64,000 nt of DNA from Dictyostelium discoideum (Eukaryota): contig CM000150.2 of assembly GCA_000004695.1 (NCBI GenBank), positions 384,001 through 448,000 on the forward strand, in the 5' to 3' direction. Shown one piece after another: positions 29,268-41,518 of this stretch. Position numbers and translations under genes: made by a program. The notes below the pieces were generated by a model, which did not search any database, was not told the origin of the DNA, and saw nothing but the letters and a program-made list of their open reading frames with translations. The first letter of the stretch is position 1. Each line of letters opens with the position of its first letter.

Positions 29268-29650
29268 AACTTTTTAGAATGTAAAGTTTAAATTTTTTTT
29301 TTTTTTTTTTTTTAATTATTTGAGTTTTTTTTATTAAAATATCTTTTGATGACGATTTTTTTTTATGATATTTTATCAAAGTATTAAAAAGACTAATTTT
29401 TTAAATTAAAATATCTTTTGATGATAATTTTTCATATTTTCAATAATTTATGATAACTTTTAAAAAGAAATTTCTTTTTTTTTTTTGTTTTAATTTTTTA
29501 AGTTTTTATTTTAAAACAAAAAAAAAAAAAAGTATAAATAAAAATTAAAAATAAAAAAAAAAATATCAAAATCTAAAAAACAATAACTATTAATTAAATA
29601 AACATATATATTATATATATAATAAATAAAAAAATAAAAAACAAAATAAA

Positions 29651-30280
29651 ATGAAAATTATTTATTCATTAATTTCAATAATTTTAATAATTTCAATTTG
29701 TAATGCAATTAAAATGAAAAATTCAAATAATGATGCAAAATCATTATGGATTAATTTCCTTCCATATGATGAAAATTGTGAAAAACCAGTTCCAGGTATG
29801 GGATTTGGTTCATTAGGAGCTGGACCTTGTTCACTCAATTATACTGCTGAAACATCAGGAAGTCAATGGACATTTTTCGTTGATGATGATACAACCTATG
29901 CAAATTTAACAACATTCCAAGATGAATATTGTAGTGTTCCAGGTCCAACCAAAGTATTTAAAGTTGGTCAATGTGCACAATATGATAATTTACAAAATAC
30001 CAATTATATGGTAACAGTAACAAAAGAACCACAAATTCCAAATGGAGTTTATTTAATTTATAATAAGGATGAATTTTGTCTAGCTTATCAAAATTATTGG
30101 TTTTATACCCCAGGAACTGAAATTAATAACTTTGATGGTAATCAAACTATGACTTTTTCTTGCAAACATGGTGTTGCTTATACAACTCAATGTGTTACTG
30201 AATCAAATTGTTTAACATTAAAGAGCTCAACAACTTGTGGTTTTTTAACTGGATATTATGCTGATATTTATTGCACTTAA
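29651..30280 (+). CDS. Secreted Cys-rich protein, 209 aa, a paralog of 25670..26341.
   Basis: Signal peptide MKIIYSLISIILIISICNA, about 14 Cys and N-glycosylation sequons. Confidence 0.5.
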   Translation: MKIIYSLISIILIISICNAIKMKNSNNDAKSLWINFLPYDENCEKPVPGMGFGSLGAGPCSLNYTAETSGSQWTFFVDDDTTYANLTTFQDEYCSVPGPTKVFKVGQCAQYDNLQNTNYMVTVTKEPQIPNGVYLIYNKDEFCLAYQNYWFYTPGTEINNFDGNQTMTFSCKHGVAYTTQCVTESNCLTLKSSTTCGFLTGYYADIYCT

Positions 30281-30525
30281 AAAAATAAAAAAAAAAAAAA
30301 AAAAAAATAAAAAAATTAATAATTATTTTTTTTGTTAACAATAAAAATAATAAAAAAAAAAAAAATATTTACCAAAATATATATATATATATATATATTT
30401 TTTTTAGTCTTTATTTATTTTTTTATTTTTTTATTTTTTTATTTTTTTATTTTTTTTTAATAATAATTATTTTTTTTTGGTTAATAAAAATTTCAAAAAC
30501 TGATATTATTTCTTAAATTTCTAAT

Positions 30526-30556
<31 letters not shown>

Positions 30557-30979
30557 CAAAGACAACATCACCAATCAAGATTAATATTTATTATTGGACC
30601 ACTCCAATTTTAAATCTGAATTTTTTACAATAAAAAAAAAAATAAAATAAAATAAAATAAAAAATTTTAAAATTTTAATAAATTAAATGTGTGGGAGATA
30701 AAGTTTTAAAAAATCTTTTTCTTCTTTTTTTTTTTTTTTTTTTTTGACAATTTACAAAAAAAACGGTAGGTTTTGAAAATCAATTTGAAGATTCATTTAT
30801 AAAAATAAAAAAAAAATTATTTTTAAAAAAAAAAAAAAAAAAAAAAATCTTTTTTTTTTTTTTTTTTTTTATTTTCTTTTTATTTTTTTTTAATTTTTAT
30901 TTTTTTTTATTTAAACCAAAGATCAAAAATTTTTTTTTTTTTTTTTTCATTAATTTAACAAATTTCAATAAATAAAAAA

Positions 30980-32538
30980 ATGACTAAACCAGTTGCTTCA
31001 TATGAATTAGATGAAAAAAGATTCCTTACATTATTAGGTAAATTAATTGGTGAAACTGAAAATCTCCAAAATAGACCACCAGCTTTAATTCCAATTGAAG
31101 ATAATGCAGGTCGTCATGTCATTGAAGTAATTATCAAAAAAAAAAAAATAAATAAATCAAAAAAAATTAAAAAAAAATCAAAAAAATTAAAAATAAATTA
31201 ACAAATATAATTTTTTTATTTTTTTTTTTTATTTTTATTTTTAATATTTCAAAAAAAAAAAAAAAAGGCTTTAACTCCATACTTAAAAGCAAATGGTGGT
31301 GTTTTAGAATTAGAACAAGTTCACTGTGATCCAGTAAACTATCCAAAAAGAGGTAACATTATTATTGAATACCCAGGTACCTCCAAAGGAACTAGTTCAC
31401 CAAAAACAATTTCATTTGTTGGTTCACATTTAGATGTAGTTCCAGCTGATAAAACTGCTTGGGATAGAAGTAAGTAAATATAATTTATAATTTTATAATT
31501 TATTATTCATTTATTAATTTTTTTTTTTTTTTTTTTAATTTAGATCCATTCCAATTAATTATTGAAGGTGATAAATTATATGGTAGAGGTACAACTGATT
31601 GTTTAGGACATGTTGCATTATTAACAGATTTATTTATTCAACTTGCAACTGAAAAACCAGCACTTAAACATTCAATTTTTGCAGTATTTATTGTAAGTGA
31701 AGAGAATGATGAAATTCCAGGTATTGGTGTCGATGCATTAGATCATAGTGGAAAGATGAATCCATGTAAGAATGGACCAGTTTATTGGGTAGATTCAGCA
31801 GATTCACAACCAACCATTGGTACTGGTGGTGCACAAACTTGGAATTTAACAGCTCATGGTAAGAATATGCATAGTGCTATGCCATATAGAACTGTAAACT
31901 CTGTAGAGTTGGTCAACGAAGCATTGGCTGAGATTCAACGTCGTTTCTACATTGACTTCAAACCACATCCAAAAGAAGCCGAATATAAATTCGATTGTTC
32001 ATCAACAATGAAACCAACCTTATGGAAACCAATCGCCGGTAGTTACAATACCATTCCAGGTGAGTCAACCATTTGTGGTGATATTCGTTTAACTCCATTC
32101 TATGATATGAAAGAAATGCGTGCAAAAGTTGAAGGTTATATCAAAGATATCAATGCCAATATCACTGAACTTCGTAATAGAGGTCCATACAGTAAATATG
32201 ATGTACCAGCCTCTGAAGGTGTTGAACCAGTCAAAGGTTCAGTCTCTATTGAATGGTTAGGTGAAGCATCAGCTGGTGTCGCTTGTAAACTCGACTCTGA
32301 TGGTTACAAAGCACTTGGTAAAGCTACTTCTGAAATTTTAGGTTCATTAACTCCAGTTGCAACTTGTGGTACTCTTCCTTTGGTTCGTGATCTCCAAGAT
32401 AGTGGTTTCGATATTCAAATTACTGGTTTTGGTAAAGAAGAAACTTATCATGCTGATAATGAATATGCTTTATTATCTGATTTTAAAAATGCTATTAAAA
32501 TTTTATCTCGTACAATTGATTTATTAGAAAAAAATTAA
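30980..32538 (+). CDS. argE: Acetylornithine deacetylase (M20 metallopeptidase family). Three exons: join(30980..31126, 31269..31470, 31544..32538), 447 aa.
   Basis: MTKPVASYELDEKRFLTLLGKLIGETENLQNRPPALIPIEDNAGRHVIE|GTAATT. Exon 2 encodes ALTPYLKANGGVLELEQVHCDPVNYPKRGNIIIEYPGT...TAWDR-, with donor A|GTAAGT. Exon 3 encodes DPFQLIIEGDKLYGRGTTDCLGHVALL...ETYHADNEYALL (M20 metal-binding residues). Total length and sequence are consistent with Dictyostelium ArgE. Confidence 0.88.
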
Positions 32539-32595
32539 ATTAAAATCCAATAAAACTCTTTTTTTATAAATTAATTAATTTTATTATTTCAATTT

Positions 32596-32709
32596 TTAAT
32601 AAAATATAAAAAAAATTAAAAATAATAATAAAATTATTAAATTTTTTGAAATTAAATTAAAATTATTATTTGAATTATTAAAATTTTCATTTAAATTTTC
32701 ATTTAATAA

Positions 32710-32744
<35 letters not shown>

Positions 32745-33778
32745 AATTTGAATTTAATGATTTTTTATTAATTGAACATAAAAAATTATTATATTGACAA
32801 GTTATTTGATCACCAAAACATGAAACATATTCAGTTTGATTTTTACATTTAACTTTACCAAATGAATCAATTAAACATTTTGTATTATCATCATTTAAAC
32901 ATTTAATTGTTGTTGAATTATTTGATTTACAAATAATATCTTCATCTCTTGATTTAATTTTAATACCTTCATCATAATAACTATCTTGATTTGAATTATT
33001 ATTATTTAATTTAATTGATTCACAAATAAATGATGAATAAGTTTTTAAATTTGGTAAACAAGCATATTTTGATTTTAAATAAAAATTAAAAGTGCTCATT
33101 GGATATTCTTCATATTTTTCTAAACTATGTTCAACACCATGTTCACATGAAATTATAATTTTTGATTTTCTATCTTGACTTAAAAAAGTTAAAATAATTT
33201 CATTTTGTTTTAATTCAAATGGTAATAATTGATTAATTAATCCAGTTTTAAATATCTCACCAGTACTAATTGTTTGACATGATTGAGTTTCATTATCATT
33301 TAATATTGAATTACAAATTTCATTTTTTGAACAAATTGAAAAATAATACTATTGTTTTTTTTTTTAATTTAACTATTAATAAAAATAATTTGTTTTTTGA
33401 TAATATTAAAAATTTTAAAATAGTTACATTAAATAAAAATGATCTATTTTCAGTATAATTTAAAGAAACACCTTTTAATGAAGATAAATCATAATAATAA
33501 TTTGAATCATTAAATATACATTTATTATACATTTCAATTATTAATTTATTACTATTTAAATCATTTGTTAATGATAATGATGATGGTGATACTGATGGTG
33601 ATACTGATGGTGATACTGATGATGATGATAATGAAGATGAAGGTTGAATATTTGATGTTTGAAAAAATGGATCACCTATATAATCATAAAAATAATAGCT
33701 TAAGGGTTCATTTGGTTCTTCTCCAGAAATTAAAATTAAAATTAAAAAAAAAAATAATAAAATTGTTTTTAAAAACAT
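32596..33778 (-). CDS. Secreted MRH-domain (mannose-6-phosphate-receptor-homology) lectin-like protein with a probable GPI-type hydrophobic C-terminal tail. Two exons: complement(join(32596..33348, 33428..33778)). About 367 aa.
   Basis: Exon 1 carries the signal peptide [19 protein letters not shown], a (VSPS)n repeat and ...NYTENRSFLFN|GTAACT. A 79-bp intron ends ...CAATAG|. Exon 2 encodes YYFSICSKNEICNSILN...SQDRKSKIIISCEHG...EEYPMSTFNFYLKSKYAC (the hallmark MRH ending E..PxC.Y.F....YAC). A Cys-rich module, poly-N and a C-terminal LIILLLFLIFFIFY follow. Confidence 0.65.
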
Positions 33779-36107
33779 TTTTATAATTTTTTTATTTTTT
33801 TTTATTTTTAATAATATAAAAAAAAAAATATAAATAAATGAATATTTAAATAATTATTTTTAAACTTTTTTTTTTTTTTTTTTTTATTTTTAAAATTAAA
33901 ATTTATATTATTAATAATAATAATAATTAATATAAATTTTATTTTTAATCATTTTTACAATTGTTCAATTAATTTATTTATTTTTTTTACTTTTGGTTAT
34001 TTTTAAAATTAATAATAAAAAAAATAATTATTTTATTGTGTTGCTAATGTAAAAATCAAAAAAATCAAAATTAACAAAATTCACTAACCCATTTCATTTT
34101 TTTGTCCACCCACAATAAATATAAAAACAAAAAATGAAAATTAATTTTGAAAATTATTGTTATTCCCCAATTAGAAATTTTTAAAAAAATATTAATTTTG
34201 AAAATTTAGATTTATTTAATTATCTTTTATTTCATGAATGTATCAGTGTGTGTGTGGTTGTTTACACATAAAAATAAAATTTGAATTTGATTATTACAAT
34301 TTTAATTTTTAAAATAAATTCCAAAATTAATACTATTTTTTTTACTATTCATAACTACAATTTTTTATTTATATATAAAACATATTTAAATTTTATTATA
34401 AAAATGCCAATTTTTAACTTTTTTTTATATTCTTTGTTTTTATTTTTTTTTTTTTTACCATTCATATAAAACAGATAATAGATAAGTCATATATGGAGAT
34501 TTGATCAATAGATTTTTTTTAAAAGTAATTTGAATAATTAGAACTATTTTTAACCTTAACCTAAAACTTTTTTTAATACTGGCAAACTTTTTTATTTTTT
34601 ATTTTTTTTTTTCTGGCCCGAGGAATAAGAAAGATAAAATGTAAAAATGAAAAAAAAAATTGAATAAATATTAAAGTTTTAAGGTGTTCCCAAACAACTT
34701 GAGTCTTACCTGTGGTTAATCTGTTTTTTTCCCTACAACTTTTTTAAATTGGGGTCATTTTGCCTCCAAAAATATTATTATACTTTTGTTTCTCCTCTTC
34801 TTTTTTTATTTTTTTATAAATATAATTTTTTTTTTTTTTTAAAGTTTAGTGATTTTTAAGTTTAACCCATTTATTTTATATATATAAACTAACAACATAA
34901 CAAACAACAAAAATTAAACTTTTATTAATGAAAAATGGATGAGGGCGAAAATTAGTTTTCAGATTGAGAAGAAGAAATTTAAGACATTAGTTTTCTCAAG
35001 GGATAAAGAACAAATATTCAAACAAGAGGTAGTAAATAACTATTTTAATTTTGATTTAAAAAACAACACCCAATCATTGATTTCACAAATTCAATTGATG
35101 AGGATATATTTTCTTATGATTATGATCATGTATCTATCCAATTTTTACCTTCAAAATCAAATGAAATTTTTGATTTAAGAGTTTGGAAAATTGTATTAAA
35201 GTTAGTGCTAATAACACCTTTTTTTTTTTTTTTGAAATTTTTTGATTAATCAAGCTTTTGAATTGGTAACATTCAAATCACATTTATGAAAAATATGTAA
35301 TTTAATTGAGGAATTCAAGGAGAATCTAATGAAATTTCATTATCAAAATATAAAAATGGTAAAATTAATTTTTTCCAATTTTAACTTTTTAAAAAAAACT
35401 ATATAAAAATATCAAATAATAATAATTATAAATAAATAAACAAATAGATTCAATAAATAAATAATTACAAAGAGGTCTCTTCAATGGTACACCACCCTTT
35501 CTAACAGTAGTCAAGTTGATCAGAGAAAGAACAACCATAATCATTAGTAGTAAATAATAAATTGAAATCATTATTATTAGTTAATAATAAAACAATTAAA
35601 AATAATATATAATAATAATTTATAAAATCACTTCAAATAAAATCACGACCTAACAGGCTGACTACAATGTTTTTTTTTTTAAAAAAAAAAATTTACCAAA
35701 CCGATTTCAAAGGTTTTTTAAAAAAAATGGACCAAATGGGCAATTATAAGGTTTTTTTTTTTTTTTTAAAAAAAAAAATATATATACCATATTGATCTCA
35801 TAACTACATGGGCTTATGAAAAGGTTTTTTTTTAAAAAAAAAAATAAAATATAAAATATAAAAAATAAAAAAAATATTAAATAAATAAATTAAACCTCAA
35901 TAATTTATTAAAATATTATAATATTGAGAAGATAATTAACCATAAAACAATTATTTTTTAAAAAAAAAAAAAAAAAAAAAATACAATTATATACCAAGGA
36001 AAAAAAAAAAAAAAAAAAAAGTAAAATAAAATAATATAAAATAAAAATTAGTCTATTTTCTTTCCAAACAAATATTTCTATTGTGTTTATTATTAATTTT
36101 TTTATTT

Positions 36108-37374
36108 TTATAAAATTAAAAATAATAATATTAAAGTTAAATAAATAAAAATATTGAATGAAAAAATTAAAGTTGAAGAAGAATTAATTTGTCTTTGTTG
36201 TTGTTGTTGTTGATTTTCTTGAATAATTAATTCATCACTACCAAAAGTATTTGAATTAATTACTAAATCATTAACATTTAAACCTGAATATAATTTAGTA
36301 TTAATTTTACAAGTGAAATATGAAGTTTTACAAACAATATGATTACCACTACAAGAGATAAAAGAATTTGGTGTTGTGCATGTGATAACTCCATTTGGTT
36401 GATCAGTTCCACATGTTGAACCTTCTTCTGTTATACAATTAGTTTTTCCATTACCAGTACAAACAATTAATTCTGTACTATTTATAAATAAACCATTTTC
36501 ATTTGATTCACAATAAATTGGTGAATTATTTGGTGTTGAAGTTGGTGTTGAAGTTGGTGTTGAAGTTGGTGTTGAAGTTGGTGATTGAGTTGGTGATTGA
36601 GTTGGTGATTGAGTTGGTGATTGAGTTGGTGATTGAGTTGGTGATGGAGTTGGTGATTGAGTTGATGTTTGAGTTGGTGATGGAGTTGGTTTTGGTAATG
36701 GACATGCATATATTGTTTTAATATAAATATCATAAACACACATTGGACTTTCAGTTTGTTTTTCAATTGTAAATTCATATTCTGGACTACATTTATAATA
36801 ATAATTTGAACTTCTATTATTACCATTTGGACAAATTACATTTGGACCACTTTGTGTACCTGAAGCATTATAACTGATTTTAAGGCTATATTCAGATAAT
36901 GGATTGAGTGAAAATTGACCTTTTCCAAAATTACCAATTTCAAAAAAACCTCTTTCAACATGTTGACATGATTGAATATTATCTCCAATACTTGAACAAC
37001 CATTATTTACTGAACAAACTGCAAATGAATACTTTTTTTTTTTTTTTTTTTTTAATTTTTTTTTTTTTAATTTTTTTTTTTTTAATTTTTTTTTTTTTTT
37101 AATTATTAAAAAAATAAATAAATAAATAAAAAAAAGTATAAAAATAAAATTGGTTAAAAAATTTTTTAATATAAAAAAAAAAAAAAAAATAAAAATTAAA
37201 AAATATAATAATATTTACATCAGTATAATGATTTACTCGATACAAGAATGTAGAATTCTTTATTAAAGACATATCAATTATATGAGTTGAATTTTGAAAA
37301 ATACATGTTTCTAATGATGATTTAACTACACTAAGAAATGTAGATAAAATAAATAATAAAATATATTTATTCAT
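36108..37374 (-). CDS. Secreted MRH-domain lectin-like protein, a paralog of 32596..33778. Two exons: complement(join(36108..37031, 37219..37374)). About 359 aa, with an (SPTQ)n mucin-like linker, a Cys-rich module and a hydrophobic C-terminal tail.
   Basis: Exon 1 carries the signal peptide MNKYILLFILSTFLSVVKS and ...NHYTD|GTAAAT. A ~187-bp A/T-rich intron ends ...AAAAAG|. Exon 2 encodes YSFAVCSVNNGCSSIGD...ASGTQSGPNVICPNGNNRSSNYYYKCSPEYEFTIEKQTESPMCVYDIYIKTIYAC, then PTPSPTQ(SPTQ)n(STPT)n, the Cys-rich module and the tail LIFSFNIFIYLTLILLFLIL. The 114-aa and 72-aa ORFs at 36482..36826 are repeat artefacts. Confidence 0.65.
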
Positions 37375-37445
37375 TATTTTCTTTTTTTTTTTTTTTTTTT
37401 TCTTTTTCTATATAAAAAAAAAAAAAAAAAATTTAATAACAAGAA

Positions 37446-37489
<44 letters not shown>

Positions 37490-37980
37490 CTCGGTTTGTT
37501 TGGCTGGAAAATGTTTTGGGCATAAAAATAGAAAACTTTTTTTTATTTTTATTTTTTTTTTTTTACGAAATTTTCTTTGATTATCAAGAAAAAAAAAAAA
37601 AAAAAAAAGTTATTATTCACAACTGTTTATAAAATTTAGGTTTTTAAAAAAAAAGTTAACACTTGTTTTAGATTAATATTTAATCAACACCCAATTTTTT
37701 TTACTCTTCCAAAAAAAAATAATAAAAAAAAAAAAAAAAATTTTACCGCCTTTCTTTGATTGTAGATAAAAAATCAAAGCCATCCAAATTTATTCAAAAC
37801 TTTGGAATTTATTTATTTTTTTTAATAATAATATTTTATAATCATAATTAATAAATAAATTTATTTTTGGTTTTTTTTTTTTTTGTCAAATTCTATCTGC
37901 AAAGAATAATTTCCAAAAAAAAAAAATAAAATAAAAAAAATAAATAAAAATTAAATATTTAACTTTTTTGATACAAAAAG

Positions 37981-38014
<34 letters not shown>

Positions 38015-38768
38015 TAATAATTAAATGGTTAAAAAGTATTTGGAATTTGAAATAAATTATTCTTCAAATTACCAAATTCAGAAAGACTGATATTGGAATA
38101 AGGTAATCTTTGGCAATTTGAATTTTAATTTCTAAAAAAAAATTTTTAATTATTTCTATTGGATATTGAATGTTAATAATATTATGTTGAGGAGAATAGT
38201 TTTTATTTTAGGTTTATAAAGTTGATGATTTATTCTCCATTTCATTTGAGAATAAGATATCATATAATTTTGACATCTCTGTAGAAAATCCAAATTCATA
38301 TCTGACTTGCTATTATACTCCTACATAAAGATAGCCTAAATAAATATAAAAAAATTTAAAAAAAAAAAATAAAAAAATAAAAAAAAAAAATTTCATTACA
38401 AAAATGGTGAAAAGTAATTTTATGTGCACCGCTTGGTTTGTGGATTCTTTTTTTTTTTTACTTTTATTTTTTACTTTCAATTTCATTATAAAAATATTAA
38501 AAATATATATATATATTTAATAGACATGCCTATAGATTAAGTTAAAACCTATAAAAGGTCTTACTAGGATTTAAATTAATTTGAGCATGGAAACGTTGCA
38601 AAATCAATCTGCACTACTATCCAAATCATTAGAGGATGGCTGAAAAATAAAACTCTAGAAGTTTAATAGGATAGGTATCAAAGAGTTATTATTTTTATAT
38701 ATTATATAATAATATGTAAAATAAAGAGTTATTATATAATATTTAGGGTTTTAAATCTGGTTTTAAGA

Positions 38769-38803
<35 letters not shown>

Positions 38804-40006
38804 GAAATTAAAGTGGTCCTATTGATTTGGCAACATTTTCTCTCAAATTTATTTAAATTCTAAAACCTCTATAAAAAAAAAAAAAAAAATAATCATAAAA
38901 CTAAAACCTTTAATTTCTTATTTTGCAATTGTAAAATTTAAAAATAAAAAAAAAAAAAACAGCTAAATATTGTTTTATTTTTTTTTTTTTTTTTTTGAAT
39001 TAATCAAAAAAAGTAATATTATATTTTTATAATTTATGAAAATAATAATAATAAAAAAAATTAAAAAAATTAAAAAAAAAAAAAAAATAGATATTTTTTT
39101 AAAAAAAAAAAAAATTAAGTCACCTGACATTCAAAAATTTTTGTTTTGTTATTTTTTTCATTTTAAAAATAGAATAAGCAAATTAGTGAAAAGACCTTTC
39201 AAATAAATCTTTACTTTTTTTTTTTTTTTTTTGAAAATTCATTCTCAACAGCAACAACAACTCTTTTATATTTGCCCGGAATTTAAAAAATTCCCATGAT
39301 CATACATAAGGTCTCTTTTTTTAATTTTTTTATTTTTTAAAAAAAAGAAAATAAAAAAAAATAAAAAAGTAAACCGAAAATTTTTTTACTTTTTTTTTTG
39401 CTCTATTTTTTGTTGTCATAATTGAATCAGAAACTTTTTTTTAGTTATATGACAATATAAATTTATAATTTTAGTATTATCTGTTACCTTTTTTTTTTTT
39501 TTTTTTTTTTTAAAGAAGTTGATTATAACAAAAAAAAAATAAAAAATAAAAAATAAAAAAAAAAAAAATAATAAAAAAAAAACAGTAATAATAAAAAAAA
39601 AAAAACAAATAAACCATAAAAAAAACCAGTGGTTTAATATAAAAAAAAATTTAAAAAAAAAAAAATATGGTTGTTTAATTTAATATTGTGGTGAATTTAT
39701 CCATTTTTTTATTATCAAAAAAAAATTTTTTTATTCACCAGTGTTTTAATTTTATCCAAATTGTTTTTTTTTTTTTTGGGTTATGTAATTATGGCGTAAT
39801 AAAATTGGTGCTGAGTACAATATTATGTAAACAAAAACATAGGTTTTACATAGATTTTTATATTTTTTTTTTTCGAATACAAAAACCGGCCATTTTGATT
39901 TTTTTTTTTTTTTTTTTAATTTTTTTTTTAACAATTTAATTTTACCATTTTTTTTTCTTTTTTTTTTTTTTTTCGTTTGTTGTGTTCCATATATAACTAT
40001 ATAACT

Positions 40007-40066
40007 ATGTCTAACCAAAAGAAAAACGACGTATCTTCGTATGTGTTTTTTTTATATATTAAATAT

Positions 40067-40137
<71 letters not shown>

Positions 40138-40246
40138 AAATAAATATTAATTTAATATTAATAATATAATAATTCTAACATTAAAAATTTAATTTTTAAA
40201 AAAAAAAAAAAATAGATTTGTTAAAGGTTAGTTAAAAAAAGAAAAT

Positions 40247-40323
<77 letters not shown>

Positions 40324-41518
40324 TTGATAAAAAAAAATAAATCAGGTGACTAAACAAAAAAAAACCGAAAATAATAAATAAATCAAATGATCAAAAAAAA
40401 AAAAAAAATTCTAATATATAAATATTTAAAATAATTTTTTACTATTTAATTAGATTCTTTAATCGGTGGTACTGCCGGTGGTGTCTCAAAAACTATTGTT
40501 GCACCAATTGAACGTGTTAAATTATTATTACAAGTTCAATCTGCTTCAACTCAAATTGCTGCTGATAAACAATACAAAGGTATCGTCGATTGTTTTGTTA
40601 GAGTTTCAAAAGAACAAGGTGTCATCTCATTATGGAGAGGTAATTTAGCCAATGTTATTAGATATTTCCCAACTCAAGCTCTTAACTTTGCCTTCAAAGA
40701 TAAATACAAGAAATTCTTCGTCAGACACACTGCTAAAGAAAACCCAACCAAATTTTTCATTGGTAATTTATTATCTGGTGGTGCTGCTGGTGCAACCTCA
40801 TTACTCTTTGTTTACCCATTAGATTTTGCCCGTACTCGTTTAGCTGCTGATGTTGGTACTGGTTCAGCTCGTCAATTCACTGGTTTAGGTAACTGTATCT
40901 CTTCAATCTACAAGAGAGACGGTTTAATCGGTTTATACCGTGGTTTTGGTGTATCTGTCGGAGGTATCTTTGTCTACAGAGCTGCTTTCTTTGGTGGTTA
41001 CGATACTGCTAAAGGAATTTTATTAGGTGAAAACAACAAGAAAGCTTCATTCTGGGCTTCATGGGGTATCGCACAAGTTGTCACTACCATCGCTGGTGTA
41101 GTCAGCTACCCATTCGATACTGTTCGTAGAAGAATGATGATGCAAGCCGGTCGTGCTGATATTCTTTATTCAAGTACCTATATGACTATTTAACTACTAT
41201 TTCATTTCACTTTCACTCTACCTATCCAATTCACTATTTGTTTTTGTACTTTCTCATATAATTTTTTTTTCTCTCTCTCATCGGCCTCCTCTGTCCTTCT
41301 CATATAAATATTTTAATTGTATATTAATATAATCTTTTTTTTAATTTATAGGCACTTGGGATTGTTGGGTAAAGATTGCCACCCGTGAAGGTCCAACTGC
41401 CTTCTTCAAAGGTGCTTTATCAAATGCCATCAGAGGTTCAGGTGGTGCTTTAGTTTTAGTTATTTATGATGAAATCCAAAAACTTATGGGTTTTGAAGGT
41501 GGTGTTGGTTCTGAATAA
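40007..41518 (+). CDS. ancA: Mitochondrial ADP/ATP carrier. Three exons: about 40007..40038, 40454..41173 and 41352..41518. The exon 1/2 junction phase is not reconciled.
   Basis: Exon 2 encodes [30 protein letters not shown]...[16 protein letters not shown] (carrier signature repeats, with RRRMMM diagnostic for ADP/ATP carriers). Its donor is A|GTACCT. A 178-bp intron ends ...TTTATAG| at 41351. Exon 3 encodes [54 protein letters not shown]. Exon 1 (ATGTCTAACCAAAAGAAAAACGACGTATCTTC|GTATGT) encodes [10 protein letters not shown]. Confidence 0.85.
40251..40319. repeat. (AAT)23 microsatellite in the ancA first intron.
   Basis: Perfect triplet run. Confidence 0.9.

Noticed and set aside
33270-33786. 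Plus-strand ORFs 33270..33458 and 33565..33786.
   Set aside because: They are antisense to exon 1 and the intron of the MRH-lectin gene. The second is a reverse reading of the (VSPS)n repeat.
38040-38800. Candidate ncRNA or small-gene region (complex sequence, TCCCATGA resembling the ACCCA[TC]AA upstream element of Dictyostelium ncRNA genes at about 39288).
   Set aside because: The motif match is imperfect, and I could not recognise a snRNA, class I RNA or snoRNA box structure. I recorded it only as unexplained non-repetitive intergenic sequence.
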